Source: a virus | Virus record (IMG/VR): IMGVR_UViG_3300032753_000003 | Coordinates: 1 to 64,000 of that record | Direction: 5' to 3' (one strand) | Length of the DNA: 64,000 bases | Shown: in pieces, positions 29,784 through 38,175 of the stretch | Layout of the letters: each line of letters begins with the position of its first letter | Numbering within the stretch: position 1 is the first letter of the stretch | Notes under the pieces: model-generated | What the model saw: only the letters and a program-made list of their open reading frames with translations | Databases searched by the model: none | Told to the model about the DNA's origin: nothing | Translations under genes and position numbers: made by a program

Positions 29784-30046
29784 TATGTCCATCTCAATCT
29801 AAATGACAGCACATCTCGTTCGTCGCTGAGTGAGATAAACAACATTGGATCACCGCTGTTGAATCTAAATTCACAGTCGTGGTTGCCCATACAGTTTTCG
29901 TTTAACCAAGCGGTTACATCTTCAACTGTGGCGATCGAATTGGGTCTATAACTTATTCGCCATGCAGGATCTCTAGGTTCAGTCCACTGATCGATAGCAG
30001 ACATGTATTGTGGTTTGCCGTCGTCATAGTAGATGTACACTGTCAT
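29783..30046 (-). CDS. small F-x-L-x-W family protein
   Basis: WLNENC..DVLSFRLRWT. Confidence 0.7.
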   Translation of the reverse strand: MTVYIYYDDGKPQYMSAIDQWTEPRDPAWRISYRPNSIATVEDVTAWLNENCMGNHDCEFRFNSGDPMLFISLSDERDVLSFRLRWT

Positions 30047-30282
30047 CCAAACCTCAACTTGAATTGCGTCATGTCCTCTGAGTTCTTAAAATAGATATGA
30101 GTAGGGTCAAACGACCAACGTGGAAACGTTGTGCTATTGTAGTGTAAGTGTCCTAACTTGGTAACTGCTCTATATGCACCCGGGTGGTCGGTATTAAATT
30201 TAGCGAAATTGTCAATACAATATCGCAGCATCTCCATAGTTACATTTACATGTATCGTGTGCATTACTTGTATCGTGTGCAT
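30043..30282 (-). CDS. small F-x-L-x-W family protein
   Basis: YCIDNF..DMTQFKLRFG; 18-bp tandem duplication at the start (MHTIQVMHTIHV). Confidence 0.65.
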   Translation of the reverse strand: MHTIQVMHTIHVNVTMEMLRYCIDNFAKFNTDHPGAYRAVTKLGHLHYNSTTFPRWSFDPTHIYFKNSEDMTQFKLRFG

Positions 30283-30307
30283 TACTTGTATATCTCAATA
30301 TTTTTTG

Positions 30308-30580
30308 TCATCCAAACCTCAACGCAAATTCTATCTGCTGTTCTATAGTCCTAAACCACCACCTAGCATCGGCGCCCACCGTCCCTGGTGCCATAAAATC
30401 TACCATAGGGATCCAACCCTGTGTCTCGCACCATTCTCGCTTTTGATAGCGATCTAGACAAAGTACCTGGTATTCCTGGCTTGAACCTAATCCCTCTGTA
30501 CAGGGCTCTGGCACCTTGACTCCCATACCGTGAGCAGTGAAGATTACGTCTTTGGTAGCTGGATCTCGCAATGTTATCAT
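30308..30580 (-). CDS. small F-x-L-x-W family protein
   Basis: WCETQG..QIEFALRFG; TGATG overlap. Confidence 0.7.
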   Translation of the reverse strand: MITLRDPATKDVIFTAHGMGVKVPEPCTEGLGSSQEYQVLCLDRYQKREWCETQGWIPMVDFMAPGTVGADARWWFRTIEQQIEFALRFG

Positions 30581-31044
30581 CACAGCCACCTCAGCTTGAA
30601 CAACATAGCATGTTCAGGTGTAAATGGCCAAGTGATATGGTTTTCGGCTAACCATTGTTCAACTGAATCAGTAATGTTGTTGTTATTGATCCACCACGCT
30701 AGACGGCCATCCGACCAAATAATTGCAGGTCCGTCGGCCCGATGGTGTTGACCATCGCAATACCATTCTTGTCGGCCGTTTTGGTAGATAACAGCAGGCC
30801 CGTCTGTGCGATGCAGCTGACCATTGCGATACCATCGCTGATCGACATTTGGATATATCATAGCAGGTCCGTCCTCGCGGTGCAGCTTGCCATCGTGATA
30901 CCATCCCTGATATCCATCTGGATATATGATCGCAGGTCCATCCTCGCGATGCAGCTGACCTGCACTATTGCGCCACTGACCCTCGGCGTTTTGCCACCTG
31001 TTGATGCCATTTTCTCCCACAACAAAGGTTGACTCGTCTGTCAT
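30580..31044 (-). CDS. HR[ET]DGPA-repeat protein with F-x-L-x-W tail
   Basis: Four W..G.LHR.DGPA repeats; GAGGTG SD formed by upstream L-R-W codons. Confidence 0.75.
   Translation of the reverse strand: MTDESTFVVGENGINRWQNAEGQWRNSAGQLHREDGPAIIYPDGYQGWYHDGKLHREDGPAMIYPNVDQRWYRNGQLHRTDGPAVIYQNGRQEWYCDGQHHRADGPAIIWSDGRLAWWINNNNITDSVEQWLAENHITWPFTPEHAMLFKLRWL
30869..30976. repeat. 108-bp perfect repeat, inverted copy at 49256-49363
   Basis: Base-by-base identity GTGGCGCAATAGTGCAGG...CCGCGAGGACGG. Confidence 0.9.
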
Positions 31045-31454
31045 AGCCACCTCAGCGTGAACAACATACAATCGTGATCATTTTTGAACCAAAGTATACC
31101 GTTATCAAATACGTATCCAGAGTTGCCAAACTGCTGATTACACCATGCGATACAATCCATATCTTGATCAAATGCGGTAAAATTACATGGCACATATGGA
31201 TATTTTGCTTGGAGAAAGTCATTAACAGTTTGACTCTTCTTGCGATTGTTCAAACGCAGAAACACTCGGTAATGCATCGCAGTCATCTTGATGCGCGGAT
31301 AGTACCTATACCTCATGAATGTAGATCCGCTAGGACCGATCATTGACTGTACGCCAATTATCGAATTGGCTATGATAGTGGGCATAACTTGCCTGATTAC
31401 AGGAATCAATACCGAGTTTGGAGGTATAGTACCAGATAATAAACCTGTTGTCAT
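31041..31454 (-). CDS. small family protein with N-terminal major-capsid-like segment
   Basis: LIPVIRQVMPTIIANSIIGVQSMIGP; ends LFTLRWL. Confidence 0.7.
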   Translation of the reverse strand: MTTGLLSGTIPPNSVLIPVIRQVMPTIIANSIIGVQSMIGPSGSTFMRYRYYPRIKMTAMHYRVFLRLNNRKKSQTVNDFLQAKYPYVPCNFTAFDQDMDCIAWCNQQFGNSGYVFDNGILWFKNDHDCMLFTLRWL

Positions 31455-31687
31455 GCCCATCTCAATTTAAACAGCACAGCATGGTCATGACTTTCAAACT
31501 CCCCTACTGTTGTAACTTTGGAGTTGGGATTTAGATCATTATACCACACTCGCCAATTGGGACCTATCAATCCAATTGGAAGATATCTGCCCATGATATC
31601 CAACTGCACCGGTCCTCCCATATTCTCAATTAACCAAGGTTCCATATGGTCGAGATGCGTGAACGGTATAACAACTTTATAAGTCAT
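31451..31687 (-). CDS. small F-x-L-x-W family protein
   Basis: EPWLIEN..HAVLFKLRWA. Confidence 0.7.
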   Translation of the reverse strand: MTYKVVIPFTHLDHMEPWLIENMGGPVQLDIMGRYLPIGLIGPNWRVWYNDLNPNSKVTTVGEFESHDHAVLFKLRWA

Positions 31688-31902
31688 AGCCATGTCAAGA
31701 TGAACTCAGTTTTGCAATTCGCGTGTCTGAATACGAATCCAGCTACAAGTAGATCCCATTCTCCATTTGGGTTAGTATTAGAGATAGCAGCGCCCCACTT
31801 CTCATGGCACCACAGGCGCATACGCATTAATGAGTGATAATCATCAAATGCACCTTGCACTAGATGTAATTCCTCGCCCCGATATGTGATTGTTGATCCC
31901 AT
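31684..31902 (-). CDS. small F-x-L-x-W family protein
   Basis: WCHEKWG..EFILTWL. Confidence 0.7.
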   Translation of the reverse strand: MGSTITYRGEELHLVQGAFDDYHSLMRMRLWCHEKWGAAISNTNPNGEWDLLVAGFVFRHANCKTEFILTWL

Positions 31903-31903
31903 A

Positions 31904-32098
31904 TTATACCCAAGCTAATTTAAACATCATAGCAAATTCGTAATCATAAAATTCAAAACACAATCTATTGCTCCAATAGAACCAATAGAAGTCAACGGTA
32001 TGAACAAGACCGCGGTCTTCGCACCAACAAGTTGCATCTACAGCCAATTGGTCTGTGATATTGCTTCTACCTCTGTGTTCAAACTTCACAACAACCAT
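31904..32098 (-). CDS. small F-x-L-x-W family protein
   Basis: WCEDRG..AMMFKLAWV. Confidence 0.7.
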   Translation of the reverse strand: MVVVKFEHRGRSNITDQLAVDATCWCEDRGLVHTVDFYWFYWSNRLCFEFYDYEFAMMFKLAWV

Positions 32099-32125
32099 GT
32101 AAAATTCAATGCAACTACAATTCCT

Positions 32126-32287
32126 CTATGCCCATCTCATAATAAACGCGATACGATCCTCGTCAGTCTCAAAGATAAAATATGTTCCAACTCTTGTACA
32201 AGGTATACCCTCATCCTAACACCACTGTCGTATTTCTGCTAGTTGATAAACTAGATTGGGTGCATGGTATCTATAGTTGATATTCAA
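32126..32287 (-). pseudogene. small family gene with in-frame TAG (32216-32218); start uncertain (TTG 32287)
   Basis: ..LAEIRQWC*DEGIPCTRVGTYFIFETDEDRIAFIMRWA; no clear SD/ATG in frame. Confidence 0.55.
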
Positions 32288-32317
32288 AATTGATATCCAT
32301 ATTAAAATTATACATAA

Positions 32318-32325
32318 TATAAATA
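32318..32325 (+). promoter_or_regulatory. T4-like late promoter
   Basis: TATAAATA upstream of endonuclease gene. Confidence 0.7.
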
Positions 32326-32389
32326 TGTGGTAATTGAAGATGTATCAGATCTTCAAAACACAGCACGGAGATACTGTGCTGTCCCACAT
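32325..32389. ncRNA. three-way-junction structured element with complementary loops
   Basis: P1 ATGTGG/CCACAT, P2 TTGAAGAT/ATCTTCAA, P3 ACAGCAC/GTGCTGT; loops carry GTATC and GATAC. Confidence 0.55.
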
Positions 32390-32415
32390 TGTTAATATAT
32401 ACGGAGGAAATAATT

Positions 32416-33246
32416 ATGTCAATGATATTGTGTGCATATGGGTGTGGAAATGTTGCAATATATTTCAATCGGCAACAAGTAGGTAGATGTTCATTTAGGC
32501 CTAGCGTTTGTGAAGGTATACGCGCCCGCGCCAAACAATCTATCAAAAATAGATACGCATCAAAAACTGAAGAAGAGAAACAGTTAATTAAAAATCGCAG
32601 GTTAGCAACAAATATTAAAAAATATGGTGTTGCTAATGTATCTTCAGTTGAATCAGTTAAACTTAAAAAAGAACAAACTTTTTTAGACAAGTTTGGTACT
32701 ACTAACCCGTCCCAAAACACAGATATACGCGCAAAAATTAAAGATAAGATGCCTGTAGTTCTTAAGAAACGTAAAAAAACTAATTTAGATAGATATGGAG
32801 TTGAGCACTACTCTAGTACAGAGGAATTTAAATCTAGACGTAAAATAACCTGGACCAAAAGATACGGAGCAGATAATCCAAGTAAAAATAATAATATCAA
32901 AGACAAAATTATGAAAGGACAGGATCATAGAAGAACTAACAAGATAATTATTTTAAATGGACAAATTGTTAGAGTACAAGGTTATGAAGATCAAGTTATA
33001 CGAGATTTAATAAAATCTGGAATTTCAGAATCTGAGATAATATGTGATAGGGATAGGATACCAAAGATATCATATACCATAGATAATAAAGTTAGAACCT
33101 ATTACCCTGATATATATCTTCCTAGATATAACATTTTGATAGAAGTTAAATCGTTATACACTTGGAAGAAATATAAGGCTATTAATATTGCTAAAATTAG
33201 TTCTGCTAAACATGCAGGATATAATGTACGTGTGGCTATACGTTAG
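32416..33246 (+). mobile_element. free-standing PD-(D/E)XK (TnsA-like) homing endonuclease with KYGV.N.S repeats
   Basis: YYPDIYLPRYNILIEVKS; GGAGG SD; AT-rich; antisense to neighbours. Confidence 0.8.
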
Positions 33247-34187
33247 ATCTTTTGTCCCGGGTCAAATCCTCTAAATGCAACAAATACAGGAAACCTCAAA
33301 CTATACGTATCAGAGTTCTGATTCTGTGTGAGACAGTCTCCCTTAATTTCAACAATTTGGCCAATTACCTGATCTTGGTTGTTCCAGATCTGATCACGCA
33401 GCTCTTCAGTATAACCGCCACCTACAGTAACTTCAATGATCTTACCTTGATCTTCTCCTCGGCAGATTAGACCACCTAATGTATTTTTGAACTTACTCTC
33501 TGGTTTGCCAGGTTCAACTCCGATAACTTCTAAATCTACAGAATATACCGGTTTAATTTTCAACCAGGCATCTGTACGTTTAGTCTTATATGTGGCATTA
33601 GGGTCCTTGATCATAATTCCTTCTAGTCCTTGGCTTAACGTGTCGTTGTTGAATTCCTTGAACTGCTTCTGACCCTCAGGAGTCTCTAGATCCACAGCCA
33701 TCTTGGGAATAACATACACGCGCTCGCCACAATGCTCTGCCAGCAGCGGCACAAATCCAGTCAACACTTCATGCCGCTGAGTCTGAGTCAGCAGGCATTC
33801 ACCTGCAACAAAGTCCTTGAGCGGGACAATATCAAACAGTGCCAGCTTGGCATCGGAGGTGTCAACATCCTCTTTGCGATTCAGCTGCTTCATCAAAGAT
33901 TGGAAACTGCGGCTGACCATTTCGCCGTCAAACACCACGCTCTGTTTGAGCTTGGGTAGCAGCTTGGCCATTGATGCCGCAATAGTCTCAAAACGATCGT
34001 TCTGCCTACCATCGCGACTGTATTGAGTAACAGTGTTGTTCTCAACATCGAGGATGGTGATCATTCGGCAGTTGTGGACGAGCACATTGTTTGCAAAGAA
34101 ATTACTGACATCATCTACCTCCAGATCGTACCGATCGAGGTTGACATCTAACTCTTCAATCCTGGATATTGCCGCTATGTTTTTCAT
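33243..34187 (-). CDS. IntC + C-terminal part of ATP-dependent DNA ligase
   Basis: IntC ends VLVHN/C; then DGEMV, LFDIV, EGIMIK, WLKIKP, SLRFP ligase motifs; start reassigned to 34187. Confidence 0.93.
   Translation of the reverse strand: MKNIAAISRIEELDVNLDRYDLEVDDVSNFFANNVLVHNCRMITILDVENNTVTQYSRDGRQNDRFETIAASMAKLLPKLKQSVVFDGEMVSRSFQSLMKQLNRKEDVDTSDAKLALFDIVPLKDFVAGECLLTQTQRHEVLTGFVPLLAEHCGERVYVIPKMAVDLETPEGQKQFKEFNNDTLSQGLEGIMIKDPNATYKTKRTDAWLKIKPVYSVDLEVIGVEPGKPESKFKNTLGGLICRGEDQGKIIEVTVGGGYTEELRDQIWNNQDQVIGQIVEIKGDCLTQNQNSDTYSLRFPVFVAFRGFDPGQKI
34071..34187 (-). mobile_element. split intein C-half (IntC, 39 aa)
   Basis: RYDLEVDDVSNFFANNVLVHN followed by Cys +1. Confidence 0.92.
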
Positions 34188-34188
34188 G

Positions 34189-35070
34189 TTACTCTGTCTT
34201 TCTGGTAAAGGTATTATATAACATCTTGGTGATGTCGTCAAACGATTTCTTTATATCATTCTCCCATAACACAATTACCTTTACACCAAATGATTCTATA
34301 TGAGATTGTCGATGACTATCAATGTCCCATATTTCTTGGGCGGTAGTTAGGCCAATGAACAGATGTATCACATCGCTAGCATAATATATGTTAGGGTTTG
34401 CGTGCCAATAATCCCCGTATATTTCAATCACTGTATTGTAAGCGTCTATCCAAATATCAACTATAGGCGAATATATGCGATTGTTAGCCGCAACAGGTTT
34501 AGGAAATAGGTTAGGCTTCTCGTTTTCATGTTCGATACCAACCGAGGTCAACCAGTTTGATATCTTTCTATGAGGTACAGACAGAGTTGTGTTGCCGCGA
34601 TACCTCGGAAGATATCTGGCATTGGTCACACCATAATTTATAAACATAGTGTCTTTAATTTTAGAAATAATTTCGGGTCTCTGGGATGGGTTATCGACAC
34701 CATATCGTTCTCGGCTGACCGATAGCTTTCTATCTTTAACATGTTGCGACTGCGATACATTGTCCACACCATACGTGTTTCTCACTGTTTCTTTATATTT
34801 CTGCCTTGTTTCCGGGGATCTTGCAGCATCCTTTATCGATAAAGTCTTTACGCCTCTGATTCTACACCAATCACGTAACCAGTCGCCGCTGATTTTCTGA
34901 CCAGCCCATTGTATGCTAGTTGTCTGCAAGCCATAAATGCTTCGACGCTCTATCATCAACCATTGTATCAGTTCTTTTTCAAATGGTTCCAGCTTTTTTT
35001 GGGCTTTCATAGTCCTGCATTCATGTGTGACACTGATGTTTGATTTCCGACAATAGATGCATTCTGTCAT
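34189..35070 (-). mobile_element. Vsr/DUF559-like homing endonuclease between the intein halves
   Basis: YGVDN repeats; IVDIWI..VIEIYGDYWHAN; GAGGT SD at 35070 and CATAAATA promoter at 35097-35104. Confidence 0.87.
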
Positions 35071-35134
35071 TGGCAACCTCTTGTAATTGACAAGAGTATT
35101 TATGCTAGATTCGAAACTAGACGGCGTATATCCA

Positions 35135-35968
35135 TCATGTATCTTGCAACAGTTTATCGCCAATCATCAATAAATCAACTCGTCTCCAACATTTTAATAG
35201 GGGTAACCAAACCAGATGATTTCCAGTCAAAGGTGGCAGCATATTCCCATTTTCAAGCGTTATTCTGTACCATTTAACCGATGTGTCGTTGATATCAGAA
35301 CCGTTCTTTGCCCAATTAAGTATCTTATTGTATTCTATTTTGCCGGTAGATGGATTAAATGATTTGATCCTACCTTCTATGCGGTTTTCAACTACTTCAG
35401 CGATAGTCACACGTCGACCGTCTTCAAACTCAATGGTCCAGCTTGCTGATAAACAGCCGTCCAGCTTGGGATCCAGCAGTTTGATACCAGACAACTTCTT
35501 GGGATGGTCCTCACCATTCTTGGCCAACTGGCAGCTGAATACAGGGATAATGTAATCAACCGCGCCAACCTTCTCGAGAATCTTGTTGATGGTTGCTTCA
35601 GTGACACCGCACTTGAGATCCTTGAGTAGAATTCTACGATACCAACTGTTCCAATCCTTGACTGAACTTGCGTCAGCAGCAGCACGCAGCACATCGCGGG
35701 CACTGTTACCAGTAAGCTCGCGATGCTGTAGCTTGTGAGCAATGTCCTTGAACTTGGTCCAATTCATAGTGGATTTGAAGTTGGGATCGTCAGCGCCTTC
35801 GATCAGCGGAACCTTCTTGACTCCAAATGTAACGAGAGCATCATAGGCCATCTTGGCGCCTTCAAAGAACTCTGTACAGCCTGCATCCCAGGCGGCACGG
35901 ATAATACTCTCCTTGTCCAAACGGCCGCTGGTAGATTCAAGTTTGGCAATGATGTCTGCGGGGGTCAT
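35135..35968 (-). CDS. N-terminal part of ATP-dependent DNA ligase (171 aa) + IntN
   Basis: Ligase N-domain to active-site KLDG, then intein starting CLSASW. Confidence 0.93.
   Translation of the reverse strand: MTPADIIAKLESTSGRLDKESIIRAAWDAGCTEFFEGAKMAYDALVTFGVKKVPLIEGADDPNFKSTMNWTKFKDIAHKLQHRELTGNSARDVLRAAADASSVKDWNSWYRRILLKDLKCGVTEATINKILEKVGAVDYIIPVFSCQLAKNGEDHPKKLSGIKLLDPKLDGCLSASWTIEFEDGRRVTIAEVVENRIEGRIKSFNPSTGKIEYNKILNWAKNGSDINDTSVKWYRITLENGNMLPPLTGNHLVWLPLLKCWRRVDLLMIGDKLLQDT
35138..35455 (-). mobile_element. split intein N-half (IntN, 106 aa)
   Basis: Cys1 CLSASWTIEFEDG..IAEVV; block B LTGNHLVW; ends IGDKLLQDT. Confidence 0.92.
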
Positions 35969-35989
35969 GGGATCTCCTTTTGATGATGC

Positions 35990-36017
35990 ACTATAACATC
36001 TGTACTAGAGATGTCAA
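35990..36017 (-). promoter_or_regulatory. sigma70-type promoter of ligase
   Basis: TTGACA-N16-TATAGT with TG extension. Confidence 0.65.
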
Positions 36018-36026
36018 CCAAGATGG

Positions 36027-36404
36027 TTATGCCGGCTGTGCTGAAATTACCAACCAGCTGCGCTCGCCAAAGCCGTCGTGGTCTTCAGTCACAGTTACCT
36101 TCAACCCATTGAGCTGCATTTTATAGAGGAAGTCAACCCAAACGGTAAGAAACTTGTTGCTCCGTTCAAACTGAACATCCCTGATCCACTTGATCGTATC
36201 ATAGTCATTGACTTTGATGCTGGGGATCTGTCCAGCTTCAATCGATTCTGTTATTTGGTAAGCTAGATCATTAACCAACCGTTGGACCTTCTTCATTTCT
36301 TTGTCCGATGCCCGTTGCTGAGCCTCTTCCTTGGCCTTTGCAGCACGAGCAGCAGATTCTTCTTTTTCCTGAATAATCAGTTTAAGCTTGTCACCGAGGT
36401 TCAT
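36027..36404 (-). CDS. hypothetical protein
   Basis: Start reassigned to MNLGDK (AAGGAG SD). Confidence 0.65.
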   Translation of the reverse strand: MNLGDKLKLIIQEKEESAARAAKAKEEAQQRASDKEMKKVQRLVNDLAYQITESIEAGQIPSIKVNDYDTIKWIRDVQFERSNKFLTVWVDFLYKMQLNGLKVTVTEDHDGFGERSWLVISAQPA

Positions 36405-36414
36405 AGTTGACTCC

Positions 36415-36741
36415 TTACGCTGCGATGAGATCAAAGCCAATGCTGGCCACAACGTGCCGCTGACCATTGGGGTCCTCAACAATGTCGCCAACTGAAACAC
36501 TGTGCATGCGACTGATGCGCGTGATCTTGTGTTCAGGGCCCATGTTGCCAATGTGGAACACACCCTCGAGATCGTTGGCTTCAATCTCTGCTACCTTGCG
36601 ATAGAGATCCATCTCAAGTCCCAGCCGCGGATTTCCCAACATGCTGGTCATCTTGGCATGAAATTCGGGTACTTCCTGACCAGCATTAACACGATCAATC
36701 TGGGTGTTGCTAAGCTGAATCTGGTAAATGGAATAGCGCAT
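36415..36741 (-). CDS. YodL-like domain protein
   Basis: YSIYQI..LEGVFHIGN..MHSVSVGDIV. Confidence 0.7.
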   Translation of the reverse strand: MRYSIYQIQLSNTQIDRVNAGQEVPEFHAKMTSMLGNPRLGLEMDLYRKVAEIEANDLEGVFHIGNMGPEHKITRISRMHSVSVGDIVEDPNGQRHVVASIGFDLIAA

Positions 36742-36768
36742 GTTGCAACTCCTTGCGTTTGATGCTGT

Positions 36769-36796
36769 ACTATAGCATCTAAAACTCGCTTGTCAA
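36769..36796 (-). promoter_or_regulatory. sigma70-type promoter
   Basis: TTGACA-N16-TATAGT with TG extension. Confidence 0.65.
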
Positions 36797-37011
36797 CCAA
36801 AATCTACCAAAACTTTGTCTAATTCTACAGGAGTTATCTGTATAATAGTCCTAGGCTCAGCCAAACCCATAACATAGTGATATTGTGGAAATTGTGCGTA
36901 AAATTCTTTTGCACGCAATTCATCTGAGAATATAGCCAATATGGTTGTGTTGCTAGAACTCCATACATGCGGATTTGTGGTACGTTCAGCAATCCATACT
37001 GTACGGGTCAT
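36793..37011 (-). CDS. hypothetical protein
   Basis: ATG 1 nt after upstream stop. Confidence 0.55.
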   Translation of the reverse strand: MTRTVWIAERTTNPHVWSSSNTTILAIFSDELRAKEFYAQFPQYHYVMGLAEPRTIIQITPVELDKVLVDFG

Positions 37012-37012
37012 A

Positions 37013-37240
37013 TTATTGCCAAACCAACTTGAAGGCAACAAAATCGCTACGCTTTTCAAATCTCACAGTATATTTTCCTAACTTGTAACTGCCTGTACAA
37101 TTGCTATGGCACCAATTCATAGCTTGAGCACGACTATGGTCATCAGAGAAGTTTAAATATTCCACAAACGGCATTTCATGTGTGAGATTTGCATCTTGTA
37201 TAACTTCCAACACAGGACCTAAAATTGAGTATGTCATCAA
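37013..37240 (-). CDS. small F-x-L-x-W family protein
   Basis: WCHSNC..DFVAFKLVWQ. Confidence 0.7.
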   Translation of the reverse strand: MMTYSILGPVLEVIQDANLTHEMPFVEYLNFSDDHSRAQAMNWCHSNCTGSYKLGKYTVRFEKRSDFVAFKLVWQ

Positions 37241-37494
37241 TAAGGGCCCCAGCTGCGATCTGCTGCAATCTCTTCAAACGTAAACGATCCGCCTTGGCGA
37301 TCCACTTGTCCTGCCCAGCTAGAATTTGAACTTTTGAGCTTGGCAATCTCGTCCTTGAGAGCTGCAATCTCACGGTTCTTAGCGTCAAATGCCTGAGCGA
37401 TGATTTCAGCAACACGGTCATGACCATACAAGTCGCCGTGGATATCAGCGCGAATATCCTCTTGAATTAACTGTTGGATTTCAAATTGGTCCAT
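37237..37494 (-). CDS. hypothetical protein
   Basis: AGGAG SD, coiled coil. Confidence 0.6.
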   Translation of the reverse strand: MDQFEIQQLIQEDIRADIHGDLYGHDRVAEIIAQAFDAKNREIAALKDEIAKLKSSNSSWAGQVDRQGGSFTFEEIAADRSWGPY

Positions 37495-37503
37495 TACCTG
37501 CTC

Positions 37504-37746
37504 CTAACTGTTGTCTGCACCGTTATCAATGCTGTTGGCCCAATCGATCAGTTCAGGGCCGCTCTTGTGTTTGAATTGATATTCGTTATACACATAACCA
37601 GTCTTGGTATCCAATACATGAACCCAGTCGGCACGCCCAATATTGACGATAGCATCGAGCATTGTTTCAAACTTGCCTCGGAAGTCGTGCATACCACCTT
37701 CGGGATAATAATTGTCGCCTGTAAAAAGCCAATAACGGTTGATCAT
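37504..37746 (-). CDS. hypothetical phage protein
   Basis: RYWLF.GDNYYP.GG..DF motif. Confidence 0.65.
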   Translation of the reverse strand: MINRYWLFTGDNYYPEGGMHDFRGKFETMLDAIVNIGRADWVHVLDTKTGYVYNEYQFKHKSGPELIDWANSIDNGADNS

Positions 37747-37847
37747 GTGTCACATCATCTCAAGTTGGTTTATAGCTGCACACTAACACCTATACACAAC
37801 ATGTCAACCAATAATTTATAGGTAATTTACAATAATTTTTGTAATGA

Positions 37848-38084
37848 TTACAACAGATTGCGTTCTTGTAATATACGGTATACAATACGCTCTGCTCTGT
37901 CTTCTATATAACGATTTAGAGCAGTTTTTATGTCCTCTCTAGCAGGACCTAAACGTGATTCTCGTATCAACGCCTTGTGATTGTAATTGCAACGATAGTT
38001 TTCTTCCCACATATCATCTTTGGCATCAATTATATTTTCAAGTGCGTTGATGATATCGTCTAGATAGTCAAAAGATTCAGCCAT
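37848..38084 (-). CDS. hypothetical protein
   Basis: AGGAGG SD and sigma70-like promoter. Confidence 0.65.
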   Translation of the reverse strand: MAESFDYLDDIINALENIIDAKDDMWEENYRCNYNHKALIRESRLGPAREDIKTALNRYIEDRAERIVYRILQERNLL

Positions 38085-38175
38085 GCTACTACCTCCTAGC
38101 TGGTATTATATAGCATAGATAATCGCAGTCAACAGATAATTTATGATAGTGGGCTACTGCCCACTATCAATTGTT

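Noticed and set aside
30251-30290. 18-bp tandem duplication as a regulatory repeat
   Set aside because: It is an in-frame duplication of the first six codons, most simply a slippage event.
37494-37506. Amber-readthrough fusion of 37504-37746 with 37237-37494
   Set aside because: The TAG is in frame, but it overlaps the AGGAG SD of the downstream gene, which explains it without readthrough.
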